Shown here: positions 1-10,549 of the stretch, piece by piece
How positions within the stretch are numbered: position 1 is the first letter of the stretch
Layout: each line of letters starts with the position of its first letter
Virus record (IMG/VR): IMGVR_UViG_3300033273_000374
Coordinates: 128,001 to 192,000 of that record
Direction: 5' to 3' (one strand)
Origin: a virus
Taxonomy: Duplodnaviria; Heunggongvirae; Uroviricota; Caudoviricetes
DNA: 64,000 nt
Program-made: the position numbers and the translations under genes
The notes under the pieces: model-generated
What the model was told of the DNA's origin: nothing
What the model saw: the letters and a program-made list of their open reading frames with translations, nothing else
Databases searched by the model: none

Positions 1-129
1 TAACACTTTTGCGTAGTATGTGTTGCCACTCCATTTGCCACCCACAGTAGCGCCGTAGTTGGCCAAGCCTGTTCCATTCATAATGGCAGCGGTAGCGTTA
101 ATTCCTGTAAAACTTGGTGTCCGTATCAT
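1..129 (-). CDS. N-terminal part of hypothetical (probably virion) protein running off the window edge
   Basis: ATG at 129 overlaps PAAR stop (ATGA); open frame MIRTPSFTGINATAAIMNG... to position 1. Confidence 0.6.
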   Translation of the reverse strand, partial: MIRTPSFTGINATAAIMNGTGLANYGATVGGKWSGNTYYAKVL

Positions 130-407
130 ATCACTATTGTGTTGTTACTACCAGTGGCTCTTGCATGGCCACAGGTGTCTACATCTCCTGTTTTCAATGT
201 TGGTATTCCATTCATAAGCACGTTGGTTTTTCCTGGAAAAGCTGCTGTTGCAGCACAGTGTATTGGAGGCTTTGGACAAGGAGGATGTGGTGTTACCTTA
301 GTGCCTTGGCGTGCCGCTGGCCTGTTGTTGACCAATATGTTACTGTGGCCAGAAATTGCTGCGCCGCCTGCGCTGTTTACGTCTCCAATTCTAACTACTT
401 TTGCCAT
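126..407 (-). CDS. PAAR-repeat tail spike tip protein (gp5.4-like)
   Basis: RIGD, PAARQG, PHPPCP..H, TGDVDTCGH..TGS motifs; TAAATA 4 nt upstream of ATG. Confidence 0.9.
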   Translation of the reverse strand: MAKVVRIGDVNSAGGAAISGHSNILVNNRPAARQGTKVTPHPPCPKPPIHCAATAAFPGKTNVLMNGIPTLKTGDVDTCGHARATGSNNTIVI

Positions 408-436
408 ACTGTATTTATTGCTACCATTATATACTA

Positions 437-712
437 TTATAACTTCATGTTTGTGTCAAAGCCAAATTCACCAATGCGTGTACGAATATCGTCTTGTGTA
501 AGTTGTGCAAGTCCACTTGCGCCACCTTCTACTAACAGTTTACCATTGTGATAAATCTGTGGCATGGTACGATGTCCTTGTTCAATTAACCAGGCCCGTG
601 ATTCTGCATCTGTTTCAATGTTGATCTCTTCATATTCAAAACCCATTGTGTCAAGTTGCTTTTTTGCTTGCACACAATATGGGCAAAAGTCTTTTGTGTA
701 TACTGTTATCAA
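437..712 (-). CDS. Glutaredoxin (NrdC/GrxC-like)
   Basis: CPYC active site, TMPQI cis-Pro loop, GG; near RNR genes. Confidence 0.92.
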   Translation of the reverse strand: MITVYTKDFCPYCVQAKKQLDTMGFEYEEINIETDAESRAWLIEQGHRTMPQIYHNGKLLVEGGASGLAQLTQDDIRTRIGEFGFDTNMKL

Positions 713-1845
713 TTGAAATAATCCTTTTGTGTACCTTCTCTATATAGGTCAAGTGTAATACAATGCAGTCCGCCGTCCCAGAAATATCTGTGCCTCCAGG
801 GTACGTAAACAGGTTCTACTTTGTGCTTCTTTAAAAATGCGTTAACTTTTTCGTTGTTAGGATTGGCAACACAGCAATGATGTTCATCTAGCATTAAAAC
901 ATTAACGTCAAATACTGTTTCTTCTACATATCCAACCCAATCAGATAGCCATGTTTCAACAAAGTGTGTAAACTCATCATTATCCTCTTCGCCGGCAAGC
1001 CACCATTTTCCTTTATTTTTATACTTTAATTTTGAAAATTTGTCAATCTTATGCCAACTTTGGTCTGGAAGATAACAAACATCCCAACCTGGAAATGTTT
1101 CTTTGTAATTTTGCACATCAAATAAACTTAGTATTGCACCAGGCTTTATAGGATGGAAATTGCCATCAACATGCCCCTCAAAATCATGCCAGTAAATATT
1201 AAAATTACGAAAGTATGTAGATTGCTCTATTAAATCCATTTCAATTTGGTTAACGTTTTCTGTACTTTGAACTAGTCTATTACCTACCATAAACGAACAA
1301 GAACTACTGCAAAGTCGAAAAAGTTTATAGTCCAATGCCTGTATTTCGTCCCATACATGAGGTAAAAAATAATCTTCATTATAAAAGTTTTCAACAAAAT
1401 TTTTGTAAGACGGCCAATCACCAGATCTAAAGTCAGCTATTTCATTGTACTTAAATTCAGGCCATGGCAGATTTGTCAAATCTACTGTATCTTCTTGTGC
1501 ATAATCCAACAGTGATTTGGCAATAGCAGGATGGTCGTTGTCTGTAATTAAACATTTATCGTCTAGCACAAGTTGATAATCTCTAGGCTGAAGTGGTCCT
1601 CTTGGATACCGGTGAGGATTATCAATAAATCGTTCATGAGGATCCATTTCTGGTTGTATCACTTCTACTCCAAAGTCTTGTAGTATTTTTTTATATCCTG
1701 CAAGATCTTCAAGTGTTTCTTCACAAATACGCTTTAATGGATCGCCTGCTTTATCTGGAATGCCGTTGAAAAATTCTGGAGCATAGTTGTTGCCAAGCAT
1801 GCATACCTTAAGAGGATCCCATTTGTTCCATATGTTATACTTCAT
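709..1845 (-). CDS. Amidinotransferase (glycine/inosamine-phosphate amidinotransferase family)
   Basis: WDPLK, PRD, GHVDG, VFDVN, FWDGGLHCITLD catalytic motifs. Confidence 0.8.
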   Translation of the reverse strand: MKYNIWNKWDPLKVCMLGNNYAPEFFNGIPDKAGDPLKRICEETLEDLAGYKKILQDFGVEVIQPEMDPHERFIDNPHRYPRGPLQPRDYQLVLDDKCLITDNDHPAIAKSLLDYAQEDTVDLTNLPWPEFKYNEIADFRSGDWPSYKNFVENFYNEDYFLPHVWDEIQALDYKLFRLCSSSCSFMVGNRLVQSTENVNQIEMDLIEQSTYFRNFNIYWHDFEGHVDGNFHPIKPGAILSLFDVQNYKETFPGWDVCYLPDQSWHKIDKFSKLKYKNKGKWWLAGEEDNDEFTHFVETWLSDWVGYVEETVFDVNVLMLDEHHCCVANPNNEKVNAFLKKHKVEPVYVPWRHRYFWDGGLHCITLDLYREGTQKDYFN

Positions 1846-2155
1846 CTGGGAAGTCCCTGTACAAAAAATGATCTAGACTGTCGGCATCAATATACTGTGT
1901 AAAGTGTATATGACTGTCAACTGTGTTCTTATTGTGTAACACTCGTTCCATAGCATCATCTAGGTCTTGCATGGTACGAAATTCCATGTCTATACGCCAT
2001 TCACCAATGTCTTTGCTGCGAAAGCCCAGTTTCATTCGTGTAATACGATATGCAACAAGTGTGTCCAGTGTACCAAAGAACTCTTTGATGCTAGTCAAAA
2101 AGTCATCTACATTTGCACCTTCTGCAAGGTCTGCGTATATTGTGTAGACATTCAT
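1835..2155 (-). CDS. Small dimeric alpha/beta-barrel-like protein
   Basis: RITRMKLGF, MEF..MQDLDDA, LYRDFPD; coupled to both neighbours. Confidence 0.55.
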   Translation of the reverse strand: MNVYTIYADLAEGANVDDFLTSIKEFFGTLDTLVAYRITRMKLGFRSKDIGEWRIDMEFRTMQDLDDAMERVLHNKNTVDSHIHFTQYIDADSLDHFLYRDFPDEV

Positions 2156-2583
2156 TTCATAGGACCTATAATTTCATATCCATCTATTTCGTGTTTGTAT
2201 TTGTGATCTTGTCCAAGTAGATACCATTTGTAACCACGTGCTTTGTATATAGCACATTCTGTTTGTAGGCTGCGAATTCCTAGTCGTGCTCTAGGGCGTT
2301 TGTAGTTCCAAGCAAACTGACATGCCTCTATGACACTGTTGTTGATGATGTAAATCATACTCCATGCAGCAAGTTGTCCTTTGTCCCAATATCCAATTAT
2401 TTCGTTACTGGGATCTTTTTCAAACTGCTCTCTATAAAATGGCCAAGCACTTTCAAACTTATGGTGCAAACAGTACTGTCTATAAATTTCCAACAACTCA
2501 TCTGCAGGCGGGTTATCAAATATCACATGTTCAGTGTCTGGTGTATAATTTGTTTTATGAAGATCTACTCTGCCATACTTCAT
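2152..2583 (-). CDS. Arginyl/aminoacyl-tRNA-protein transferase C-terminal (ATE_C/Bpt)-like GNAT protein
   Basis: Y..YC.H, RLGIRSLQTE...GYKWYLLG...YK resemble the ATE_C signature; start moved to MKYGRVD (2583). Confidence 0.6.
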   Translation of the reverse strand: MKYGRVDLHKTNYTPDTEHVIFDNPPADELLEIYRQYCLHHKFESAWPFYREQFEKDPSNEIIGYWDKGQLAAWSMIYIINNSVIEACQFAWNYKRPRARLGIRSLQTECAIYKARGYKWYLLGQDHKYKHEIDGYEIIGPMK

Positions 2584-3046
2584 CTTTGTATTCTTGTGTA
2601 AAATTTTTGTAGTAATCTGTACCAGCAAGTTCCTCTCGTGCTCGTTCCAGTTCACTTCTACGCTGTACAAACAGTATAGCATATGTTCCTTGATTTAGCA
2701 AGACTCCGCCTACTTCTTCAGGTTCATCCGGATGGTCATCTAGTATGATATAATGTTCTGTGCTGACTGCTAGTTTACTCAAATAATCAGCACTTATAAG
2801 TTTTGGATCCATACAGAAGAGAACCACATCTTTGTCTGGAGGAAAATAACTCAGAGTCCAACGTAGTGCATCTTCTATATTCCATGGAAGTATCTTATGT
2901 ACTATAACCTTATTGTCCAACCACGCTCGTTTTGCAAATGGACATGGAGGAAACTTTGCAAATACATCGTTGGGTTTACTTAGAAATTTTAGTATCCAAT
3001 CCTCTATACTAGAGTGAAAATCCTTTGAAACTGTCTTCTGAGACAT
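2555..3046 (-). CDS. DUF1415-like protein
   Basis: CPFAK and DHP motifs; start probably MSQKT, overlapping the nrdB end. Confidence 0.5.
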   Translation of the reverse strand: MSQKTVSKDFHSSIEDWILKFLSKPNDVFAKFPPCPFAKRAWLDNKVIVHKILPWNIEDALRWTLSYFPPDKDVVLFCMDPKLISADYLSKLAVSTEHYIILDDHPDEPEEVGGVLLNQGTYAILFVQRRSELERAREELAGTDYYKNFTQEYKDEVWQSRSS

Positions 3047-4181
3047 CTTGTTTTGTACCACCTATGATATAACTTGAAATTTCTGTTTCTTGAGGAGCAA
3101 CTTGTACATCACCACCTGATATCCATTTTTGTGTCCACGGTAATGGATTTGCTTGTGGCACTTTGTATGCACTAGGAACACCAGCAGCAATCATGCGCTT
3201 GTTTGCAATCCATTCAATATAGTCATGCAACAGTTGTGCATTGAGTCCAATCATGCTGCCACTTGCAAACAAATAGTCTGCCCATGCCTTTTCTTGATTG
3301 ACTGCATCCACAAACATTTGAACACACTCTTCTTCTGTTTCTTCTTTGATTTGTAAAAAGTCTGGATCATCTTGTGGCAGTATTTTCAGCAATTGTTGTG
3401 TGCTGGCCAAATGCACATTTTCATCACGTGCAATAAATTTGATGATCTTGGCATTGCCTTCCATTCTTTTTAGTTCTGCAAATGCCCAACTGCATGCAAA
3501 GCTCACATAAAAACGCACACCTTCAAGGATGTTCACACTTACCAGTGTCTTCCACAACAGTTTCTTTAGTTCGTATTTGTCAACTTTGATGGTGCGAGCA
3601 ACACTGCTGAAGTTGCCATTTACTTTTTTAGTGTCATGTTCTGCACCGCTTACAACCATGTGCTCACCTTCGCCCATGAGTTCATACCAACGGCTTAGTT
3701 CTATCAGCTGGTCGTAGCAGTCTGTGATGCTGTTGGCACAATCAATGATTTCTTTTATTTCTAACATCTCATCAAAGATTTTGCTAGGGTCGCTGTAGAT
3801 GTTGCGTATGATGTGTGTATACGAACGTGAATGAATTGTTTCACTGAATGTCCAAGTGATGATCCAGTTTTCAAGTTCTGGCAAACTCACAATAGGACCA
3901 AATGCTTCTACAGGTGCACGACCTTGCACACTGTCTAATAGTATCTGTCGTTTTAGGTTACTGGTAAAGATATGCTTTTCGTGATCGGTTAATGCTTTGA
4001 AGTCAGCAGCATCACGTAGGACATCTACTTCTTCTGCACGCCAAAAGAAACCCAATTGCTTGTCAGTAAGTTTGTCAAATTGACGATACTTTAGTGTGTC
4101 ATATCTTTGGATAGCAATCTCGCCATCCAAGAATGCACGTTTGTTCAAATGGTCTTTTGCGTCAACATTAAAAACTGACAT
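3009..4181 (-). CDS. nrdB: Ribonucleotide reductase class Ia beta subunit
   Basis: FFW.AEE, LDSVQ, ETIHSRSY, EGVRFYVSF, DENVH, C-terminal VAPQETEISSY. Confidence 0.97.
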   Translation of the reverse strand: MSVFNVDAKDHLNKRAFLDGEIAIQRYDTLKYRQFDKLTDKQLGFFWRAEEVDVLRDAADFKALTDHEKHIFTSNLKRQILLDSVQGRAPVEAFGPIVSLPELENWIITWTFSETIHSRSYTHIIRNIYSDPSKIFDEMLEIKEIIDCANSITDCYDQLIELSRWYELMGEGEHMVVSGAEHDTKKVNGNFSSVARTIKVDKYELKKLLWKTLVSVNILEGVRFYVSFACSWAFAELKRMEGNAKIIKFIARDENVHLASTQQLLKILPQDDPDFLQIKEETEEECVQMFVDAVNQEKAWADYLFASGSMIGLNAQLLHDYIEWIANKRMIAAGVPSAYKVPQANPLPWTQKWISGGDVQVAPQETEISSYIIGGTKQDVSEDSFKGFSL

Positions 4182-4193
4182 CTAATTCTCCTA

Positions 4194-6494
4194 CTATATT
4201 GTACAACTGTCACAGTCTTCTTCAAACTGCTCTTCGCTTGGTGCCAATAGTACAATCTGTTCACGCTCGTTGATGTCATCACCAGATCCATCATGCGTGT
4301 TAAAATAATACAACTGCTTGTGACCATATTTATAAGCAAGCAATAGGTGTTGTAACATAGCACTCATTGGGATCTTTTCATCTTCATAATGCACAGGATT
4401 GTAACTGGTGTTTACACTAATACCTTGGTCAATGTACTTTTGTAACACAGCCATGATCTTTAGATATCCTTCGGGTGATTTTTGATCCCATAACAAATCA
4501 TATTTGTTTTTTAGTCTTGGAAACCCTGGTACAACCTGCTTTAGTACACCATCTTTTGATTGCTTTACACTTACAAAACTGCGAGGTGGTTCAATGCCAT
4601 TGGTGCTGTTTGAGATCTGCGCACTTGTTTCTGCAGGCATCAGTGCCATCAGTGTGCTGTTACGAATGCCGTTTGTCTTGAGTTGTTCACGCAACCCTGC
4701 CCAATCCATGCGTTCAACATGCGGCACTAGTTCATCCACATCACGTTTGTAAGTTTGGTTAGGTGTAATACCTGCACCATACTTTGTTTCATGCACCAAT
4801 GGAATAGCACCTTGTTCTTGTGCTAGATCTGCACTGGCTTTTATCAAATAGTAACTCCATGCTTCTGCATATTTGTCAATGAGTTCCAAATTTGGATCGC
4901 CGTATGTGGTGTCATTCTTTGCTAAAAAGTATGCAAAATTTACAATACCAATGCCCAAAGGACGACGATTCATTGTGCTACGTTGTGCTGCTTTTACAGG
5001 ATAGTCCTGATATGTGAGCAATGCATCCAATCCACGCACTGCAAGTTCACAGGGCTTGGCAAAATCTTGTGGGTCTTTTATAAGTCCCCAATTGATTGCG
5101 CTGAGTGTACACAGTGCAATTTCGCCTTCTTCGTCGTTGAAGTCGTTGAGTGGCTTTGTGGGCAAGTTAATCTCGCAACACAAATTGCTTTGACGCACAG
5201 GTGCAAGTTCAGGTAAAAACGCACCATGATCATTTGCATGATCCACATTCATTAGATAGATGCGACCTGTGTTTTTGCGTTCTTCCATGAATGCACTGAA
5301 CAGCACTGCAGCCTTTACGGTCTTTTTACGGATGCTGGTTTTGCGTTCTGCTGCTTCATATAGTTCTTTGAACCGTTTTTGATCTGCAAAGAAAGCATCA
5401 TACAATCCAGGCACATCACTTGGTGAAAACAGTGTGATATCTCCGCCAGCAATTAGTCTTTCATAGAACAATTTTGAGAACTGAACTCCGTAATCCATGT
5501 GGCGTACTCTGTTGTCTTCCGTTCCTTTATTGTTTTTAAGCACAAGCAGATCTTCAACTTCGTAGTGCCAAATTGGATAGTACAGTGTGGCTGCGCCGTT
5601 TCGCACACCGCCTTGACTACATGATCTTGTAGCGGATTGAAACATCTTATAGAAGGGGATAACGCCTGTATGGTATGCATCTCCTGCTCGTATTGGCGAG
5701 CCCAACGCTCGTATTCTGCCTGCTCCGATGCCAATGCCGGCTTTTTGACTAACATATTTAACGATACTACTAGTAGTAGCATTAATACTATCCAAACTAT
5801 CATCTGTCTCAATAAGGACACACGAGGAGAACTGCTTTTGTGGAGTTCGTACACCAGCCATAACAGGAGTAGGAAGGCTGATATAGAATGTAGATATTGC
5901 GTCATAATAATCCTTCACCCAACGAAGTCGTGTTTCTTTTGGGTACTGCATAAACAGTGTTGCCGCAATGCACATGTATGCCATTTGCGGTGTTTCAAAG
6001 ATCTCACCCGTTACACGGTTCTTTACTAGATACTTTCCACGCCACTGTTCCATACCTGCATAGGTAAGGTCTTCGTCTCTATCATGCTTGATGTAACTGT
6101 TGAGCGTATTCCATTCTTCTTCGGTATACTCAGTTACTAACTCTTTTGTATAAAATCCTCTTTTGACATTTTTCTGCACTAGTGCATAAATGTGCCATGG
6201 TTCAAATTGACCATACACCATTTTGCGCAAATGGTAATTGATTAGTCTTCCAGCTACCCACTGATATCCTGGTGTTTCTTCACTGATTAGATCGGCTGCA
6301 CTTTTTATAAGTGTTTCTTGAATGTCTACTGTTGAGATACCATTGTAAAATTGCAATGAACTGCGAATCTCAACTTCACTAGCACTTACACCTGTAATCC
6401 CTTCGCAGGCGTAAAAAACTACTTTGTGTAATTTTTCTAGATCAATTGATTCTTTGTTGCCATTGCGTTTTGTAACTGTTAGTGCTTGGTTCAT
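4194..6494 (-). CDS. nrdA: Ribonucleotide reductase class Ia alpha subunit
   Basis: ATP cone (VTKRNG), FSSCVL, SNLCCEI, C-terminal CDSC; no intein. Confidence 0.98.
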   Translation of the reverse strand: MNQALTVTKRNGNKESIDLEKLHKVVFYACEGITGVSASEVEIRSSLQFYNGISTVDIQETLIKSAADLISEETPGYQWVAGRLINYHLRKMVYGQFEPWHIYALVQKNVKRGFYTKELVTEYTEEEWNTLNSYIKHDRDEDLTYAGMEQWRGKYLVKNRVTGEIFETPQMAYMCIAATLFMQYPKETRLRWVKDYYDAISTFYISLPTPVMAGVRTPQKQFSSCVLIETDDSLDSINATTSSIVKYVSQKAGIGIGAGRIRALGSPIRAGDAYHTGVIPFYKMFQSATRSCSQGGVRNGAATLYYPIWHYEVEDLLVLKNNKGTEDNRVRHMDYGVQFSKLFYERLIAGGDITLFSPSDVPGLYDAFFADQKRFKELYEAAERKTSIRKKTVKAAVLFSAFMEERKNTGRIYLMNVDHANDHGAFLPELAPVRQSNLCCEINLPTKPLNDFNDEEGEIALCTLSAINWGLIKDPQDFAKPCELAVRGLDALLTYQDYPVKAAQRSTMNRRPLGIGIVNFAYFLAKNDTTYGDPNLELIDKYAEAWSYYLIKASADLAQEQGAIPLVHETKYGAGITPNQTYKRDVDELVPHVERMDWAGLREQLKTNGIRNSTLMALMPAETSAQISNSTNGIEPPRSFVSVKQSKDGVLKQVVPGFPRLKNKYDLLWDQKSPEGYLKIMAVLQKYIDQGISVNTSYNPVHYEDEKIPMSAMLQHLLLAYKYGHKQLYYFNTHDGSGDDINEREQIVLLAPSEEQFEEDCDSCTI

Positions 6495-6921
6495 TGTTAT
6501 TCCTCTTGATTAATTCTTGTGCTGCAAAACGTCTGGTCGCTTTTGTTTGTGTAAGAGTATTTACATGAACCTCTAAATCCCAATTAAGTGTATATTTTCC
6601 ATCATTGACTAGGACTAAATTGTAATCGTTACTCTTGTGTGTTCCACACACAAACTCTAATTCGCAACTGTGGTTTGTGTAGTATATAGTATACAACATT
6701 CCCAAGCCTCTGCCAATATCATCATACACATTGTCAATGATAAGTTGCCATGGGCCTGGCCATTGCTCCGATAGGGTTTGGCAATAGTATTGATTGCTTA
6801 TTGGAGCAGTATTCCAAAGTTTATTTGTTTCATAGACACATTCTTCTAGTGATAGTGTGTCTAAATGTTTGCGAAACTTTTGCCATGCAAGCAAACGTTC
6901 CTGCGTTGGTAGATTAAACAT
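6442..6921 (-). CDS. Hypothetical phage protein
   Basis: 159-aa ORF, in operon. Confidence 0.7.
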   Translation of the reverse strand: MFNLPTQERLLAWQKFRKHLDTLSLEECVYETNKLWNTAPISNQYYCQTLSEQWPGPWQLIIDNVYDDIGRGLGMLYTIYYTNHSCELEFVCGTHKSNDYNLVLVNDGKYTLNWDLEVHVNTLTQTKATRRFAAQELIKRNNNEPSTNSYKTQWQQRIN

Positions 6922-6924
6922 GTA

Positions 6925-8514
6925 TTAACGTAGTGTTCTTATTGAATAGTAAAGTGTACCACTGGTTTGATTATCAGTTGTGTAGTTAAGTGTAGTGATA
7001 TTTGATGTATTTGTCAATGAAAAAGTAACACCTACACTGCCATTGTTTTCATTAAATTCATCGTCAACAATCTGTGCAGTGCCATTGTGTGTGATACGCA
7101 ATTTGCCCTGACGTAGTTTGCTGTTGCGATCAATATAATATTCTATTTCAATGGCTGCTTCTTGTGCATTATCCGGAAAACTAATTCCAGTTGATCCTGT
7201 TGTGTTGTTATCAAGTGTTACACTCTGTCCATATCCTCTGATGTAGCCGCCAAATTTAACACCTTGTGAGTTGTCAAATGCCATACCTGCCAGGTGATTG
7301 CCGTCAACGTTAACTCTGCGTGTGGTGTTTGAATCATCTGCATCTGGCCTATCAAAATGATCGCCAATGCTGTGACTGTTGTCTACTGTGTAGTTGATAA
7401 CATGCGCTGTGGCACTGCCACTACCACTACCATTGTTTCCGCAGTCTTTGAAGTAGTTAAATGCACTGGTAAATCCAAGTCCATCATAGATGTGTATGGC
7501 ATTGTTATAGATAGCATCAAACAAACTGTTTACAACTTTCATGCCACGTGGACCATCAACACTAGGTGCACTGCCTGTTACAAACTCGCCAACTTTAAAG
7601 CCTTTAAACATGGTTTTGAAATGACATGCATTGAATACAATGTTGTCCATATCATTGTCTGCAATCACACCCACATAACTATTTTCCATGTTACAATTAA
7701 AGAATGTTACATGGTTTGTGGTATAGGTTGCACTGCTTGTAATTTTTACACTATAGTTAACATCACCTATTGAACTTGGTGTTACTGTCAATGGACCAAT
7801 AAAGTTTGTGTTACTTAACAGCACATTATCTGCTTGATCTACTATAAACACAGGAGTTGATGTTGTTGCCTTAAATGTCATGCTTTCTATAACAATGTCG
7901 CTAGGGCGTGTTGCACCACCTGTGCCTACACTGGCACCTGTTTGTTGCAAACTGTCTGCAGTTTGTGCTACCGGTGTTGAAGTACTAGCAGCTAATGCAC
8001 CTTCAATTGTGCTGCTGTCTGGACCTTCGCCTACTATTTTTGCGTATGTTGGAATGTTTATTGTGCTGAGCACTTTGTATGTGCCGGCTGGAAAATACAA
8101 TGCTCTACGCACTCTGGTTATCTGTTCGCGAGCAAACAGTTCATACAGTGCTCTGTTGATAGCGGCTGTGTCGTCTGTTGCACCATCACCTACTGCACCA
8201 AAATCACGCACGTTAGCAAAATCATCTAGTTTGTTTTGTAATGTTCTCGTTACAGGACTGTTAGCACTGGCGCCTGTTTGCGCACTAAAACCAATTTGTG
8301 AATCACTGTAGGTATAAGTGTCACTGGTTTCAATAACGCTGCTTAAACTGGTAAGGATTTCAATATTTTCTGTGGTAGGCGCATCAGTGCCGCCATTGCC
8401 AATGTATAGTTTTCTTGTGTCTACTGCTAGACCAAGTTCACCTCTTGCAAGTTGAGGTAAGTTATCACTTACACCGCTGCGATGTTGAATTCTCGAGATT
8501 TGTACTACAGCCAC
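6925..8514 (-). CDS. Tail fibre/spike-like protein with pectate-lyase-3 beta-helix
   Basis: N-terminal L..GELG...D...LYIG adaptor; NVRDFGAVGDG.TDDT.AI..A, LYFPAGTY; TATAAATA and GGAG upstream. Confidence 0.75.
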   Translation of the reverse strand: MAVVQISRIQHRSGVSDNLPQLARGELGLAVDTRKLYIGNGGTDAPTTENIEILTSLSSVIETSDTYTYSDSQIGFSAQTGASANSPVTRTLQNKLDDFANVRDFGAVGDGATDDTAAINRALYELFAREQITRVRRALYFPAGTYKVLSTINIPTYAKIVGEGPDSSTIEGALAASTSTPVAQTADSLQQTGASVGTGGATRPSDIVIESMTFKATTSTPVFIVDQADNVLLSNTNFIGPLTVTPSSIGDVNYSVKITSSATYTTNHVTFFNCNMENSYVGVIADNDMDNIVFNACHFKTMFKGFKVGEFVTGSAPSVDGPRGMKVVNSLFDAIYNNAIHIYDGLGFTSAFNYFKDCGNNGSGSGSATAHVINYTVDNSHSIGDHFDRPDADDSNTTRRVNVDGNHLAGMAFDNSQGVKFGGYIRGYGQSVTLDNNTTGSTGISFPDNAQEAAIEIEYYIDRNSKLRQGKLRITHNGTAQIVDDEFNENNGSVGVTFSLTNTSNITTLNYTTDNQTSGTLYYSIRTLR

Positions 8515-8545
8515 GACTAAACTCCTATAATATACTATTTATACG

Positions 8546-10030
8546 TTAGTTCACACTCATCACTGGAAGTTTTATAGGAGTTCCGTTTTTATACAGAGAT
8601 ACATGTTCATATAAACTTTTCAATCGCTCAGGGCCTCGCCAAATTGGCCATTTGTATTTTATTGCATGTTCATGGACTTCCAGTCGTCGGCGTATTCTTT
8701 CTTCAAAAGTAAGATCAGGATTAAGTGCGCTAGTCCAAATCATTGGATTAGGTCTTTTATTTCCTATAGGATCAAACTCTAAAACAGGAAAAGTTACTTG
8801 ATGACTATCAATCATTCTTTCCAAAGGAGTATCTGATAAAAACATCAAACTTGTACTAAGATCAATTCCGTTTATGGTACCGCTTGCAACATATTTTTGC
8901 CAGCGTGAATACATTTTTAAATTATCATGATGATCATCTAGTGTTTCTGTTAGATACCCTATGATCATTAAAAAGAAACATTTTAGACCAGTTCTTTGAA
9001 AATGTTCTAGATGATAATCTATGTCTTCGTTTGTAAACTTCTTGTCCATTTCCCAACGAATTTTGTCACTGCCTGTTTCTACACCTACATAAAACTGTTG
9101 TCCGCCAGCCTCTGCAATCATATCAAAGTAATCATCTGTGAGTTGTCTTTTGGGTTTGAAAATAAACTGTCCGCCCCATTTAAATCCTGCTTTATGATCA
9201 CTATTATATTTTGATAGTTTATCACACATGTCTCTAAAAGCCTTGAGACTCCCATTGATCAAACTATCAGTAAAATAAAACTGGTTGACTCCATAATTTT
9301 CATAATGGTGTATCATTTCGTCTGCTAGATTTTGTCCACTTCTGTATCTAAACTTGGGCCAGTATGCTGCAACATTGCAATAGGTACATTTTCTAACACA
9401 ACCTCTACTGCCAACAATATTAACTTCACGTTTAGCCTCAAAAAGATAATCGTATAGTTCAAAATTGTATTGACTGTAATCTGGAAATGCTAGACTGTTT
9501 AAATCGTTTACTTGAACTAAATTTTCTGAATTGTTAATACCTGGATGATTTACATTACCTTTAAGCAATTCAATTACAGCTTCTTCGCCCTCGCCATATA
9601 TTACATAACTACACAATTTAGACTGTAACATACTCTGACCAAAGCTGTTAACTCCCATGCCGCCTAGTACAATTTCACATTGCGGATATAGTGCTAATAC
9701 TGTTTCGCATGCCATTTTAGCAAACATATGACTGTTACCAGTGAAAACACTAATTAGAAGTCTTGTATCATTATCAACATAAGGCACTAGTTCTTTTTGT
9801 ATAAAGTCTAGTAACATTGCTGTTTCTTCATCAGTTGGTTTTCGTGTTTTTTCCCACACACCAACTAAATCATAGTATGCTTGCTTTCCTAACTGTTGAA
9901 AAAGTGTAATGTTTAAATCTAAGCACTTGACGCTATAGCCGTGACTTTGCATAACACCAGCTATAATAGCAGTGCTTATTGGTGGCCTATGCACTTCTAG
10001 TTGAGGTATTGCAATTAGAACGTTTTTCAT
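8546..10030 (-). CDS. B12-binding-domain radical SAM protein
   Basis: GG..GEGE, SRGCVRKCTYC (CxxxCxxC), GVETGS. Confidence 0.88.
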   Translation of the reverse strand: MKNVLIAIPQLEVHRPPISTAIIAGVMQSHGYSVKCLDLNITLFQQLGKQAYYDLVGVWEKTRKPTDEETAMLLDFIQKELVPYVDNDTRLLISVFTGNSHMFAKMACETVLALYPQCEIVLGGMGVNSFGQSMLQSKLCSYVIYGEGEEAVIELLKGNVNHPGINNSENLVQVNDLNSLAFPDYSQYNFELYDYLFEAKREVNIVGSRGCVRKCTYCNVAAYWPKFRYRSGQNLADEMIHHYENYGVNQFYFTDSLINGSLKAFRDMCDKLSKYNSDHKAGFKWGGQFIFKPKRQLTDDYFDMIAEAGGQQFYVGVETGSDKIRWEMDKKFTNEDIDYHLEHFQRTGLKCFFLMIIGYLTETLDDHHDNLKMYSRWQKYVASGTINGIDLSTSLMFLSDTPLERMIDSHQVTFPVLEFDPIGNKRPNPMIWTSALNPDLTFEERIRRRLEVHEHAIKYKWPIWRGPERLKSLYEHVSLYKNGTPIKLPVMSVN

Positions 10031-10548
10031 ATGTTAAGAAGTTTCCTAATTTTATTCATATGATGATAATGCTCTGAATAGTTACCTACAATTGTGTAAT
10101 CTGAAAAATAACTTGTATCTCGATATTCGTTTGTTTTTTGATTATTCATATCAATTATCCAATCATATGGGTTATCTTTGATTGGAAAAATCCAATGCCC
10201 ATTAAAACGTATACATGCATCGTGTATAGTCATTGACCCATGTTCAATACTTTCATATGTTAACTTGGGCAAAAGATGAACAATATCTACATCATCTATT
10301 TCAAAACGGTCAATGTGTATAACCTTATCAGCAATAATATTATTTTCTCTGTCTATAATAGTATCCCAGATTTGATTTTTACCAAATAATTTATTGTACA
10401 TACCTAAAGTAAAATTAGCATTGTCTAAATCTAAATCTATTTCTTTGTTTTCAATTATTTCAAACTCTAATTTTTTTTTATTTTGCTTGAACGTTAGTTT
10501 TGGATAAGAATAACCTTGTTCCCCGCGAGCTTCAAGATATAGTCTCAC
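10027..10548 (-). CDS. Hypothetical protein
   Basis: 173-aa AT-rich ORF coupled to the radical SAM gene. Confidence 0.65.
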   Translation of the reverse strand: MRLYLEARGEQGYSYPKLTFKQNKKKLEFEIIENKEIDLDLDNANFTLGMYNKLFGKNQIWDTIIDRENNIIADKVIHIDRFEIDDVDIVHLLPKLTYESIEHGSMTIHDACIRFNGHWIFPIKDNPYDWIIDMNNQKTNEYRDTSYFSDYTIVGNYSEHYHHMNKIRKLLNI

Positions 10549-10549
10549 A

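Noticed and set aside
3009-6494. Introns or inteins in nrdA/nrdB
   Set aside because: Both ORFs are continuous and of normal length; the nrdB loop insertion is short and lacks intein motifs
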